DNA from: Octopus sinensis
Taxonomy: Eukaryota
Direction: 5' to 3'
Length of the DNA stretch: 64,000 nt
Assembly: GCF_006345805.1 (NCBI RefSeq)
Contig: NC_043003.1
Span: 81,592,001 to 81,656,000, forward strand
This document shows positions 26,497 through 38,272 of this stretch, one piece after another (the stretch's first letter is position 1; each line of letters begins with the position of its first letter). The notes under the pieces are model-generated. The model was not told where the DNA came from, ran no database searches, and saw nothing but the letters and a program-made list of their open reading frames with translations. The translations under genes were made by a program, and so were the position numbers.

Positions 26497-26734
26497 TATG
26501 TAATGATATCTATATATATATAATTATATATTTATATATAATAATATATACATATAATGATATATATAATTATATATTTATTATATATAATGATATCTAT
26601 ATATATATATATATATAATATATATATAATTATATGTAATGATATCTATATATATATAATTATATATTTATATATAATAATATATACATATAATGATATA
26701 TATAATTATATATTTATTTATAATAATATATAAT

Positions 26735-26750
<16 letters not shown>
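25965..26750. repeat. AT-only satellite interrupted by a ~295-bp unique insert (26071-26365)
   Basis: TATATAATGATAT-type repeats flank a mixed-sequence insert that carries a 43-bp direct repeat. Confidence 0.85.
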
Positions 26751-26767
<17 letters not shown>

Positions 26768-27999
26768 TTGTGTGTGTGTGTATGTGTGTGAGAAAGAGAG
26801 AGAGAGTGTGTGTATGTATGTATGTATTTTTGTTCTTGTGTCGGTATGTTCGATTAAAGGACTTCGAAGCGTTGCCCCGTCCTGGCTGCAGCCCAGTGAT
26901 TGAAACAAGTAAAAATAAAATAAAAATCGTATTTGCAAAATTGGTAGAGACAGGTAGATATATTAATTTGATAGTATATTTACTTAAATACTGATTGAAG
27001 AAAAATTTATTTGAACTCAGATGTTCTTGCGTTATCTACACAGGGAAACATTATCTGATTCTGGACATTGCTGTCGTAGGTCTACATGCATTGTATTTCA
27101 AAGTTCGACCTCGAAAAATATTTATTATGTGTCTGGTCGTCGTAGGGTTTATAAGATAAAGCTATCGATTTTTGCCGCTTATAGTTGCAACATCTATAGT
27201 TTATAGTTATTCATAGTTGCAGCTTTTACCGGAAGTAACGTAGGGTCTTAAAATATAATTTTTGAAAAATTCAGAAACTTATAAGCCAGTCAGTTTCTTT
27301 ACTTGTGTAATAACGTGCAAGTAATACATGCCAACAATGTTCAAATTTAGTTGAGATTGACTTTGCCGTTCACTGTTTCAGTGTCGATAAAATAAGTACA
27401 ATTTGAACACTGGGGTTTATGTAATCAACGTATCCCATCCCAACGAACTTACTGGCCTTGTGCCAAAATTTAAAACCAATATATACTAACACAGAACTGC
27501 CTACAAATTTTTCAATGAAATCGATTATACAGTACCAATGTATTTGAAGACTGCAAATTTTCAAGTGAAAAATACATTCTATATAATGAACTGCTCTAGA
27601 TTTGCCAAACGGCAAGTGCATTTCTAATGCTTTATTTGCCCGAAGTGTTGCAGTGCAATGTATATTTTTAACCATTTCCCAACTTTATCCAAATGATTGT
27701 GATTTTACAAAAGGAAATATGGCTAATGCATTCGATAAGAATCAAAGGTATTCTCTTTTTTTTTCTAATGAATGATCAGCATTTCAATGAATAGTAAATT
27801 TTAATTGTTTATTTAACTTTATTAAAAATAATCAAAAATTCCAAAATGAAAAAATCTTATATCCGAGCGAATGTTTTGAGATATTTCCCTCACGGATATG
27901 GAGTATTTTAAGCAAATCATTAATTTGTTATTTGTTTATTATTTTCATGAATTTACTGTAAGTTTTATGCAAATAATTGATTTTTTTATTAAAAGCCAT

Positions 28000-28272
28000 C
28001 GGCATAAAATCCATTTGCCATATTAACCTCTTGCTTTTCAGTTACATCCTTGGTGATCAACGGCATACAAATGATAGATTTTAGTAAAATATCGTGAGAA
28101 ATGAGTAGCATGTTACTTTTTGTTTACATCGTCGTATTGCACAATTATCAGGGTGGAGTTTTCTTTTCAATGTAATTATATTCATAAAAAGAGCCCAACA
28201 AAACACCTGTTATAGTGAATAGAATTTAGTTATCCAATTCGTAAAATGGTACAGTGCATGGATTTTATGCCG
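28000..28272. mobile_element. Candidate MITE with 15-bp terminal inverted repeats
   Basis: CGGCATAAAATCCAT at 28000-28014 and ATGGATTTTATGCCG at 28258-28272; no clear target-site duplication. Confidence 0.4.
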
Positions 28273-28947
28273 TTACTTTCTTTACTCCAATAACCTAGAA
28301 TGAAAAGTGAAAAAGATTAATTGATTAGTATATTTTTAAAAACTCGTGCATTTCAAAAGTTTCGTTGAAGTGTCTATTGTTAGTTCATGGAGTGTAGCTG
28401 CAGCTATGATTCCGGTTGCTCTCAGCTTTCTGTTGATCGGCGTGTAATGACTACTTAGAAAGTAACTGAATTATTTAACGACAATGAAGGGAAGCAATAG
28501 GAATATTTTAGAAAATCTTTCCAAATCCCGCGTAAGTTTCTAAAGAGTCAGTCTTAAGCATTTTAAATTTTTCCTAAGTTAAATTTTTCTTCTATCAATA
28601 TATGTGTTTTTTTCTGTTTTATTTAAGTTACTTTATCATGCACTGATAAATAATTCTTCCTCGTGCAAATACCGTGTTAAGCCTATAACACGAATATTAA
28701 ACTACGTTAAATGGACAAATATAATTCTAAACCGAAACAACTGTCAGTGAATACATAGAAGCAAAACATGCAAAATGCAAAAGAATTATCACATTTTACT
28801 TATATTGTTAATACATAAACTTTTTCTGTATTACATTACATTACATTTGAATGTAATTTGTATCTTGTGCGCAAAGAAACAAGTTTAATTATATTAACAC
28901 ATTGTAAAGAATTTCTTCACTAACATATGCAATGATATATATATATA

Positions 28948-29021
<74 letters not shown>

Positions 29022-29112
29022 ATATATATATATATATATATTACGCGAAATTACATGAAGATAAATAATTTACTCAGTGCTATTACAATGAAAGGAAAAT
29101 ATAAGGGTATAG

Positions 29113-29305
29113 CTAAAGTATTGCTATAGTCAGTAGAGACCGTTGTCGCTGAGATATTTGCTTTTGCACGAGTTTAGCTGTTCCTTGAAGACATATTTTG
29201 TTGTCTGGAGCAATCCCGTGGCATTTAACTGGATATTCATCGCCAGACATAAAGATATTTGATGGTAGCGAACTGCAATGTACAATATTAATAGCTACTG
29301 ACACG
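29113..29305 (-). CDS. Candidate terminal exon, unidentified
   Basis: Strong acceptor GTTTTTCTCTTCAG. Only the phase-2 frame is open from it (VSVAINIVHCSSLPSNIFMSGDEYPVKCHGIAPDNKICLQG...AIL*). Confidence 0.25.
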
Positions 29306-29949
29306 CTGAAGAGAAAAACTGCTCTATAATTATAGAAAGTTATTAGTGTGAAAATATGCAGTCGGTCTGAAAATATTCGAAGTCATCTGCGCAAATCTCT
29401 GTGGCAACAGAAGTCCGTTGGTCTCCTGCACTCTATGCACAAAACGGTTTTTATAGGGAACGAGGGATTTTATTTTGTAACAATCGAGAAAACCCAGGGC
29501 CTCACATTGATTGGTCGATTAATAGACGGAGCGCTCTGGAATTATAGAAAGTACACAGAAGTGTTGTCTGACTGAGTATCTAGCAGTTAGGATTCAGATC
29601 ACCGCTACATCTTCCCACTAATAGTTCCATGTTAGAGTTAAAGTACCCAATCACTAATGGACTGATAGAAGGTCAATTGCTATCAGTGAAGCTTCACTAT
29701 AGGATACGAAATATTTCTATCTTTACATTATCTTAAATCTAAACGGAAGTTTCAATAAATACCGCAGTCTTAGCATATGACAGCAAGCCATTCGTACTTC
29801 CTGCAAATTTCATATTTCAATGCCTTCGTTGAAATTCGCTGGTCGAGAAATATTTGATAGTCTTCCTTAACACCATAGAGCAAAAAGACGGGAAGTGCTG
29901 TTTTATAGATTGACTGCGCACGGGCACACACACATACACACACACTCAC

Positions 29950-29980
<31 letters not shown>

Positions 29981-30654
29981 ACATACACACGCAGAAGCTT
30001 CCTAGTGATTCAATGTTCAAGTGTTTCGTGTGTTGGTTCTTGATAAGACCTTGAGTCACTCAGTTGCTTCTGCTAAATATTAATAAAAATATACATTCAC
30101 TCATATTTTGAGTGAATATATATACTTACGTATAAAGCTCACGTAATACACATAGACACACAGACACCCCCATATATATATATATATATACATATTACTT
30201 TTCGTGATATTTCGTATTGCTGAACTTTATTTTACAATTTTTAATCTCACTCGAATACATGTACCTACACACATATACACGTTTCTTATGATCTTATGTC
30301 ATCATTTTATGTAGTGGAATAAAATGTCTTAATTCATTTACATATTATTTTTTGAATTATTTTGATACATACATGTGTTTATTGAACATAAAAGTACGTA
30401 AATAGAACAAAGTTTCTCATCCACTCACGTCTTATAAATCACTGGAAGCATGATTTCGTTTATTTTGATATAAATTACTGACAACTGAAATTTTTACCTT
30501 CTACTAAGATTTGTGTTACCCCTCAGCTCATAAACGAGCACAAAAAACAGTTGTACTAGAGAGGATATGTGAGTATCATCTCCACTAAATGTTCTCATAT
30601 ATGTTTATATTTATATATATGGAAAAAAGAAACGTATTCCCACGCAAGAAAAAA

Positions 30655-31030
30655 ATATAAGAGAATTTGTTTGGGTGTTTGAAATCGCACATGAATCTGA
30701 AAAATAGTCGTCGCTTTTAAACTTTGTATAAATTTATTCACATTCTAAAGTAGTTTCCACCTGTTTTTGCTTATCAATGGTTGAAATACATAAATAAATT
30801 ATTTAGTAGAGTTTAAAGTTACAAGGTAAAAAATCTCACGAAAATGTTTAATTTTTACCTTGTAACTTTAAACTCTCTTAAATCCTTTATTTATATATTT
30901 GTACAATTGATAAGCCAAAAATTGTCGAAACTATAGTTCGGTATGTGAATAAAACTATTACGTGATTTAAAAACGACTACACGCTTTTAGAGTCAGGTTC
31001 ACTTTCAAACCCCAAAACAAATTCTCATAT
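30655..31030. mobile_element. Foldback / long-TIR MITE (~375-bp imperfect palindrome)
   Basis: Perfect 25-bp inner arms (30808-30832 and 30852-30876). Pairing extends imperfectly out to GAGAATTTGTTT (30661) and AAACAAATTCTC (31026), flanked by TA. Confidence 0.8.
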
Positions 31031-31058
31031 ATGTATTCGATTATACACACACACACAC

Positions 31059-31090
31059 ACTAGCAGAGGCACCCGGCGTTGCCCGGGAAT
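31059..31090 (-). mobile_element. Helitron 3' terminus
   Basis: Minus strand CCCGGGCAACGCCGGG hairpin, then TGCCTCTG, then CTAG followed by T. This matches the canonical Helitron subterminal hairpin, CTRR end and A^T target. Confidence 0.75.
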
Positions 31091-31204
31091 GACATTGTTC
31101 GTTGTATATTGGAAGACAAAAGCAAAATATATTGTATAGAACTTTGTTATTCTAAATTCAGCTTATTCTTCAATTGGGATACAATTTATTCTTTAATTGG
31201 GAAA

Positions 31205-31332
31205 TCAACTCTGAATTAATAATACAAAATAATAATAATAATAATAATATTAATAATAATAATAACAATAATAATAATAATAATATTAATAATAATAATA
31301 ACAACAATAATAATAATAATAATAATATTAAT
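31205..31332. repeat. (AAT)n microsatellite with periodic ATT/AAC variants
   Basis: Source of the poly-N and poly-L ORFs at 31170-31392. Confidence 0.95.
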
Positions 31333-31520
31333 AATAATAATAATAATAATAAACGAAGATACAAAATTTACCACTCTTATGGAAGTAGATAAATTCTACC
31401 ACTTATGTTGAAGGAAATTACATTATTCTAAAGTTCTCAGTAAAGCAATGCGGAACGGAATGAAGCGCGAATTTTATTTGAAAATCGAGTATCTTGAAAT
31501 ACTACTTGATTTTTAATTAT

Positions 31521-31892
31521 CTTTTACTTACTTCAGTCATCTTACTGCAGCCATGCTGGGGCACCACCCTGAAGAGCTTCATGCAAAATTATTTATGTTT
31601 TAAAGCCTAGTACTTATTTTATCGGTCTCTTAGCCAAACCACTAAGTTACTGGTATATAAGCACACCAACACCGGTTGTCAAGTGATGGTGGGGGACAAA
31701 TACATAAACACATACATATATACTTATATACATCGATGTGTCTCTTTCAGTTTCCTTTCACCAAATCCACTCGTAAGGCTTTGATCGGCCAGTGGCTGGC
31801 TATAGTAAACGACACTTACTCAAGGTACCAGGCAGTGAGACAGAATCCGGACCCATGTGGTTAGGAAGCAAGCTTATTGCCACACAGCCACA
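31521..31892 (-). mobile_element. SINE family A, diverged
   Basis: Same head, body and tail blocks as other family A copies, with more substitutions. Confidence 0.85.
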
Positions 31893-32172
31893 CATGTATA
31901 AGCTATTCAGTTATCAGTAAGACGTCCGATAAGAAAATAATTCGTGAAATATAATTTCGAAGAAAATATTATTAACAATGAAATATTGAAAATCATGTTA
32001 ACAGACTCCATGATGTTTCATTGATGCGAAATACTAAAATGAGTTGTGTCCGAAGCATTAAGGGTCGATAAAACAAAGTAGTATTTAAAGATTAGGGTCA
32101 ATGCAGTCAACTAAACCCCATTCCGCAATGATGCAGAATTATTGTTATCGTCAATATTATTATGATTGAAAT

Positions 32173-32390
32173 AGGGCAGCGAGCTGGCAGAATCGTTAGC
32201 ACGTCGGACGAAATGCTCAGCGGCATTCCGTCCGTCTTTCCGCTCTGAGTTTAAATCCTTCCGAGGTTGACTTTCTCTTTCACACATTTCGGAGTCGATT
32301 ATATAAATACCAGTTCAACCCTGGGGTCTATGTAATCGACTAAACCCCTGTCCCTAAGTTGCTGGCTTTGTGCCAACTTTTGAAATCAAT
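32173..32390 (+). mobile_element. SINE family B
   Basis: GGGCAGCGAGCTGGCAGAATCGTTAGCACG...CTGGGGTCTATGTAATCGACT...GCTGGCTTTGTGCCAAC. Confidence 0.85.
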
Positions 32391-32482
32391 GATATTATGA
32401 CTTTAGATGGAAAGGAATGTGATACAAATGCAAGAAAAATACAAATGAAAAAGACGAAATATAGAAATGCATTGACAGAGAG

Positions 32483-32514
<32 letters not shown>

Positions 32515-33231
32515 AATACGATGAAACGATTCAATTTCAAAATTGCAAGAAATTGTGAACCGTTGAGTAACTTGATAGACTCGAACCCTCTTTCTAAAAA
32601 ACATTATGTAATTAATATAACAGGAATTAAATAATTAAAGTAATGCCTTTTCGTTCTAAATTCCTTTTTGTGGTTTTCAACTCTTTCTTTTATATTTATG
32701 GATAAACGGCTTATGGAATCATACACTAAATCCTAAATGTAGTGGGTTACAAAAATGAACAATGTTGAAAAATTTATAATCAATAAACAACATATTAATT
32801 GCTATGTTATCAAGTATTTTAATTGCTGTAAACATCCTGGGGTATCACAAGTTGTATTATGGTTCAATAAGTTAAAGTATGCTAAGGTAAGCGAATTTTG
32901 TGTTATTCAACATTGATCACACTTGAATGAATATTAAAGTGCCACCGCCATGATGTATTCTCGAATGTTCTGCTGTAGACAAATCGATAGACAGCCTATC
33001 ATATGGATTCATGCAATCTATCAAAAAGTAATAAAAAAAAGGACATGTCAATTCTGTTTAACGAATAGAAATCCTCTATTTTTATTGTTCTAATGAGACC
33101 AGTGAAGCCATGTTAAAGTGTCTTCTATTTTATCGCTCTTGCATTCAAGTAGTGTGCAATTGCTCCTCTCTTTCTCCTCTTCATCCTCATCGTTATTATT
33201 ATTATTGTTGTTATTATTATTATTATTATTA

Positions 33232-34024
33232 AAGCGATGACCTGACAGAAACGTTAACACGTCGGGCGAAATGTGTAGCCGTATTTCGTCTGCCGTTACG
33301 TTCTGAGTTCAAATTCCGCCGAGGTCGACTTTGTCTTTCATCCTTTCGGGGTCGATTAAATAAGTACCAGTTCCGCACTGGGGTCGATATAATCGACTTA
33401 ATCAGTTTGTCTGTCCTTGTTTGTCCTCTCTGTGTTTAGCCCCTTGTGGGTAGTAAAGAAATAGGTATTTCGCCCGTCGTTACATTCTGAGTTCAAATTC
33501 CGACGAGGTCCGCTTTGCCTTTCATCCTTTCGGGGTCGATAAATTAAGTATCAGTTACATACTGGGGTCAATATAATCGACTAGTCCCCTCCCTCCAAAT
33601 TCCAGATCTTGTGCCTATAGTAGAAAGTCATTGTTATTATCATTATTATTGAGTTCAAATTCCACCGAGGTCGACTTTGCTTGTTATCCTTTCGGAGTCG
33701 ATAAATTAAGTAGCAGTGAAACACTGGGGTCGATATAATCGATCAGTTCTCTTCCCCAAAATTTCAGACCTTGTGTTTGTAAGAGAAAAGATTATTAACA
33801 GTCGTAGTATTGTTAAGGCGGTGAACTGACAGAATTGTTAGCACGCCGGACAAAAGGCTTAGCGTTATTTCTTCCGTCTTTATGTTCTAAGTTCAAATTC
33901 CGCCGAGGTCGGCTTTACCTTTCATCATTTCGGAGTCGATAAATTAAGTACCAGTGAAACACTGGCGTCGATATAATCGACTAGCTCCCTCACCCAAAAT
34001 TTCAGGCCTAGAGCCAATAGTAGA

Positions 34025-34063
<39 letters not shown>

Positions 34064-34290
34064 TATTATTATTATTATTATTAAGGTGCTGAGGTGGTAG
34101 AATCATTACAGCGTCGGACAAAATACTTAGCTGGCTTATCATGTTGTGGTTTTAAGTTTCGCCAAAGTCAGCTTTGCATTTCATCCTCTTGGTGTCGATA
34201 AAACAAAGTACCTCTCAAGCTCTGGAATCAATGTAATCAACTAAACCCTCTTACTGAAATTGCTGTCCTCGTGCCAAAATTTAAAACAAT
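33232..34290 (+). mobile_element. Cluster of five same-orientation SINE family B copies separated by (TTA)/(AAT) tracts
   Basis: Copies at ~33232-33460, 33461-33627, 33651-33790, 33816-34025 and 34083-34290. Confidence 0.9.
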
Positions 34291-34599
34291 TATTGTCATT
34301 ATCACCATTATTATGATAATAGGACATTGAAAAAATCACGTGTTCGATCTTGGCTCTATAAAATTTCTGAAATTTTCAATATTTACACCTCAACTTGGAC
34401 TTGTTTGGTTTAAATTTTTTTTGTCACCTGTACAGAATAATGTTCCTGCTTCTTCCTGATTTTCGTTTTGCTCCCACCCCCGCATAGGGTGGGGTAATTA
34501 TCTGGTTTTACATCTTGTATTGTGAAATTGTCTCACTTGAAAAAAGCAACAACTCAAAAATCTCAAAGCAAAAAACAAAACAAAACATGAAAATTTGTG

Positions 34600-36650
34600 A
34601 AGAAATAATGATATTCACCACTCAGAAATGTAACGCTCAAGGTGTGAAAGAGTGGTTAATTGAAAAACAGAGAAGAAGTGGAGCGATGAATGTGTTAAGC
34701 GAATGCCTGACTAGAAACACTACTGTAGTTACCATGGCAATGCCAGACAACGTCAGAGAAGGAAAAAGCCGGTGCTGCTTTTGATTTCGAAGGGGGAAAC
34801 CATCAACAACAACGGCAGAAGTAGCAGTAACAAATAAAACAGCTATGATATCGACAAGGATAACACCCAAGAAACCAGAATAAACACTTCTTTTTCAGCT
34901 ATAACTAACCGTGAATGTATTTAAACAGTCTCTCGATCGCATGGAAAATTATGTTAAAATATAAAAATGCAATATTACGCGCCTGAGATTCTTGAAGTTT
35001 CTAATCCAGAAAAATCAAACATCGTTTATAAGTGTATAACTGGAAAAGAAAGAAAGAAAGGTACAGTATCACAGTTCAGCACATATAAAAAAAAAAATGA
35101 TTAGAGGTAGTGTGGTCATTTGTAGGATACATTAGAAGAAGGAACCGATACGGGACAGTTTTGGTTTGCAAGCTTTGAGGCGAAGGCCTAGACCCTGGTT
35201 ATTATCATTTGCAAATCTCAGGATTTTATTGCGATTCCGTTTTACTTGAGAAGACGATTAGCCAACGTTCCACCTCAAAGTAACGAGGTCAGGATGATGG
35301 TAATGATCGAGGAGCACGATAGGAATGTTGCACTCAACTCACTTGCCTACAACAATATAGCGTGTATGTCTCTGGAGTTCGAGTCGTTACGATCAGCTGG
35401 AATCTCGGACCATTTTCAGTTCAAAGAGCTCGAGCAAATGTGAGTGGTGGTGGTGGTGGAAGGAAGAAAGTAACAAAGTCGCAAAACATGCCCCGGAATA
35501 CTCTCTGCCCAGTGGAAGAGCAGAGTGCCTACGAGCATTACTGCTACCCAAACCTCTAGAATCAAAACAGCAGAAGCAGTGGCAGCAAAAGAATAAAAGT
35601 TTCCTCAGCATACATACGGAGAGGAGCAAGGAGCTTAGGAGCAAGTCTTCCACCACCTTCAACAAGAAAGACCAGAACGAGAACAACAATAACAATATCA
35701 ACACTTACGACTTAAACAACAAAAAAAAAAGACAGTCGAAACAATATCAGTAATTTTTCCACGTTCTCTTTACCCTCGGACTTAGAGGAGACGACACGAA
35801 AACGTCCAACTAACGCATTGTAGAAAGGCCACCAAAAAGGAAGAGAGGTTGGACGGATGAGTCGGTTAGCTTGACCGCTAAAATCAAAGCAATCGGTAGA
35901 GTAAGTTTAAACAATAACCACAAAGGCGCCGACAAAATCTCAAACTAACTTGTATACGAACAACCACAGAAGTTATCTAAGAAAAAGAAAAGAAAAAAAA
36001 AGCAAAACGAGTGGCTGTGTGGTAAGTAGCTTGCTTACGAACCATATGGTTCCGGGTTCAGTCCCTCTGCGTGGCACCTAGGGCAAGCGTCTTCTGCTAT
36101 AGTCTCGGGCCGACCAAAGCCTTGTGAGTGGATTTGGTAGACAGAAACTGAAAGAAGCCCGTCGTATATATGTATATATAAATGTGCGTGTATATGTTGT
36201 GTATCTGTGTTTGTTCTCCCAACATCGCTTGACAACCGATGCTGGTGTGTTTAGGTCCCCGTAACTTAGCGGTTCGGCAAAAGGGACCGATAGGATAAGT
36301 ACTAGGCTTACAAAGAATAAGTCCTGGGGGCAATTTGATGGCCGCAGTCAAGTGACTGAAACAAGTAAAAGAGTAAAAGAGTAAATCAGCGACATAAGGA
36401 AAGAATACAAGAAGCACAACGACTGATAGAGACGAACGAGCATCAGCAACATTATGAAGATGAACACCATCAGCCATAGTAAGAGAAAGAGATACCAATA
36501 AAAAAAGAAAAGAAAAAAAGGAACCGAGAGTAGAAACAAAAGCAGTAGCAACGAGACATTTTCTTAGACCCGGATGTTAAGCCGGTGGTCCCAGAGGTTA
36601 GTATGACTGTGGTGCCATCGGATTAGTAGTCGTTTACCGCCCCCCCCCCA
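34600..36650 (+). pseudogene. Possible decayed retroelement ORF1/gag-like region interrupted by a SINE (tentative)
   Basis: Purine-rich, codon-like sequence with long open stretches in shifting frames (e.g. ~130 codons without a stop from ~35359). It appears to continue after the SINE at 36009-36383. No definitive motif found. Confidence 0.25.
36009..36383 (+). mobile_element. SINE family A, full length
   Basis: GAGTGGCTGTGTGGTAAGTAGCTTGCTTAC through GACTGAAACAAGTAAAAGAGTAAAAGAG. Confidence 0.92.
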
Positions 36651-37008
36651 GTTGAAGAGAGAACCGGCTAGATTTCTATAGATGTCTAGAGACAGTTTTA
36701 AGAACATCTCGTTCATTTGTAGGTGATTGGAATGGTATTTTGGACGTTCTTATGTGGCACAACGCAAACGTTACTCCTTTTCTCTTGAGTAATTTCTATA
36801 CGCTTGATAAATTTTCTCCCTCTCATTCACCGCCCTTACTTTTAAAATCTTGATTTTTTAATGACTGATCAAGGACTCTGAATATATTCTACGTTATTAT
36901 GTCTATTATATAAGACAGTACTGACAATTCTATTAGGTATATATATATATTTATTTACACACACATTTGTGTATGTATATATATATACACACACATTTGT
37001 GTATGTAT

Positions 37009-37380
37009 AGGAGTGGCTGTGTGGTAAGTAGCTTGCTAACTAACCACATGGTTCCGGGTTCAGTCCCACTGTGTGGCATCTTGGGCAAGTGTCTTCTGCT
37101 ATAGCCCCGGGCCGACCAATGCCTTGTGAGTGAATTTGGTAGACGGAAACTGAAAGAAACCTGTCGTATATATGTACATATATATATATATGTATGTGTG
37201 TGTTTGTGTGTCTGTGTTTGTCCCCCTAGCATTGCTTGACAACCGATGCTGGCGGTTCGGCAAAAGAGACCGATAGAATAAGTACTGGGCTTACAAAGAA
37301 TAAGTCCCGGGGTCGATTTGCTCGACTAAAGGCGGTGCTCCAGCATGGCCGCAGTCAAATGACTGAAACAAGTAAAAGAG
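37009..37380 (+). mobile_element. SINE family A, full length
   Basis: Same consensus blocks, with a small internal deletion relative to other copies. Confidence 0.92.
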
Positions 37381-37418
<38 letters not shown>

Positions 37419-37434
37419 TTGTGTATGTATGTAC

Positions 37435-37472
<38 letters not shown>

Positions 37473-37534
37473 CTGTGTATGTATGTATATATATATATAT
37501 GGCAATATCTGTTACTGAAACTTAACACTTTTAC

Positions 37535-37601
37535 CTCAATGACTTATGCATTATTTTCCATTCACTCGCACCAACCATTGCACCGAACATTTCTTCAGCT
37601 T
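37535..37601 (-). CDS. Candidate 67-nt internal exon, unidentified
   Basis: Acceptor TGTATTTACTTTAG and donor GAG|GTAAAA; reads AEEMFGAMVGASEWKIMHKSL. A phase-compatible donor CAG|GTAAAC lies 200 nt upstream, after ATG CTT GCT GCA G (37814-37802). Confidence 0.28.
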
Positions 37602-37959
37602 CTAAAGTAAATACACAATTTCTGGTTTCTTTTTAACGGAACACTACTTTTTCTGATCTCATTCTTCCAAGTTGTTCTGAACCATTAGCATTATGGCACA
37701 CAATCTTTTTTCATTTTGTTAACTTGATGCATCTTATATATATTGCCGGCTCTGCTATTTCCATTTGCTTTATCATGCGCAACGTTTCATCATTTGTTTA
37801 CCTGCAGCAAGCATCTATCTGATTATCATCGTATCATTCTATCCAACAACTCGAGATGTATGCTAAATATCATCACAAACAAGCAGCTGCAGTTCGTGTT
37901 ATTCATTACCACTCATTAATCTATTGTATTGGGGTTATTGCTGGCTAAAAGTATAGGAA

Positions 37960-38272
37960 TTCTTCTTCTTCTTAATCTTCTTCTTCTTCTTCTTCTTCTT
38001 CTTCTTCTTCTTCTCTTCTTCTTCTTCTTCTTCTCGTTCTTCTTCTTCTTCTTCTTCTTCTCGTTCTTCTTCTTCTTCTTCTTCTTCTTCTTCTCGTTCT
38101 TCTTCTTCTTCTTCTTCTTCTCCTCCTCCTCCTCCTCCTCGTTATTCTTCTCCTCCTCCTCCCACACCTCTTCCTCCCTCCCCTCCCCTCCTCCTCTTTC
38201 TCCCCCCCATCCTCCTTCTTCTCCTCCTTCTCCTGCTCTTCCTCCTCCGTCTCCTTCTCCTCCTCTTCCTTC
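37960..38272. repeat. (TTC)n/(CTC)n polypyrimidine-polypurine tract
   Basis: Over 300 bp, almost purely pyrimidine on the + strand. Source of the poly-K/E/R/F ORFs. Confidence 0.95.

Noticed and set aside
32941-33093. Vertebrate-style Kozak GCCACCGCCATG opening a 47-aa ORF
   Set aside because: It is a short ORF with no recognisable product or promoter context, and a single motif match is weak evidence.
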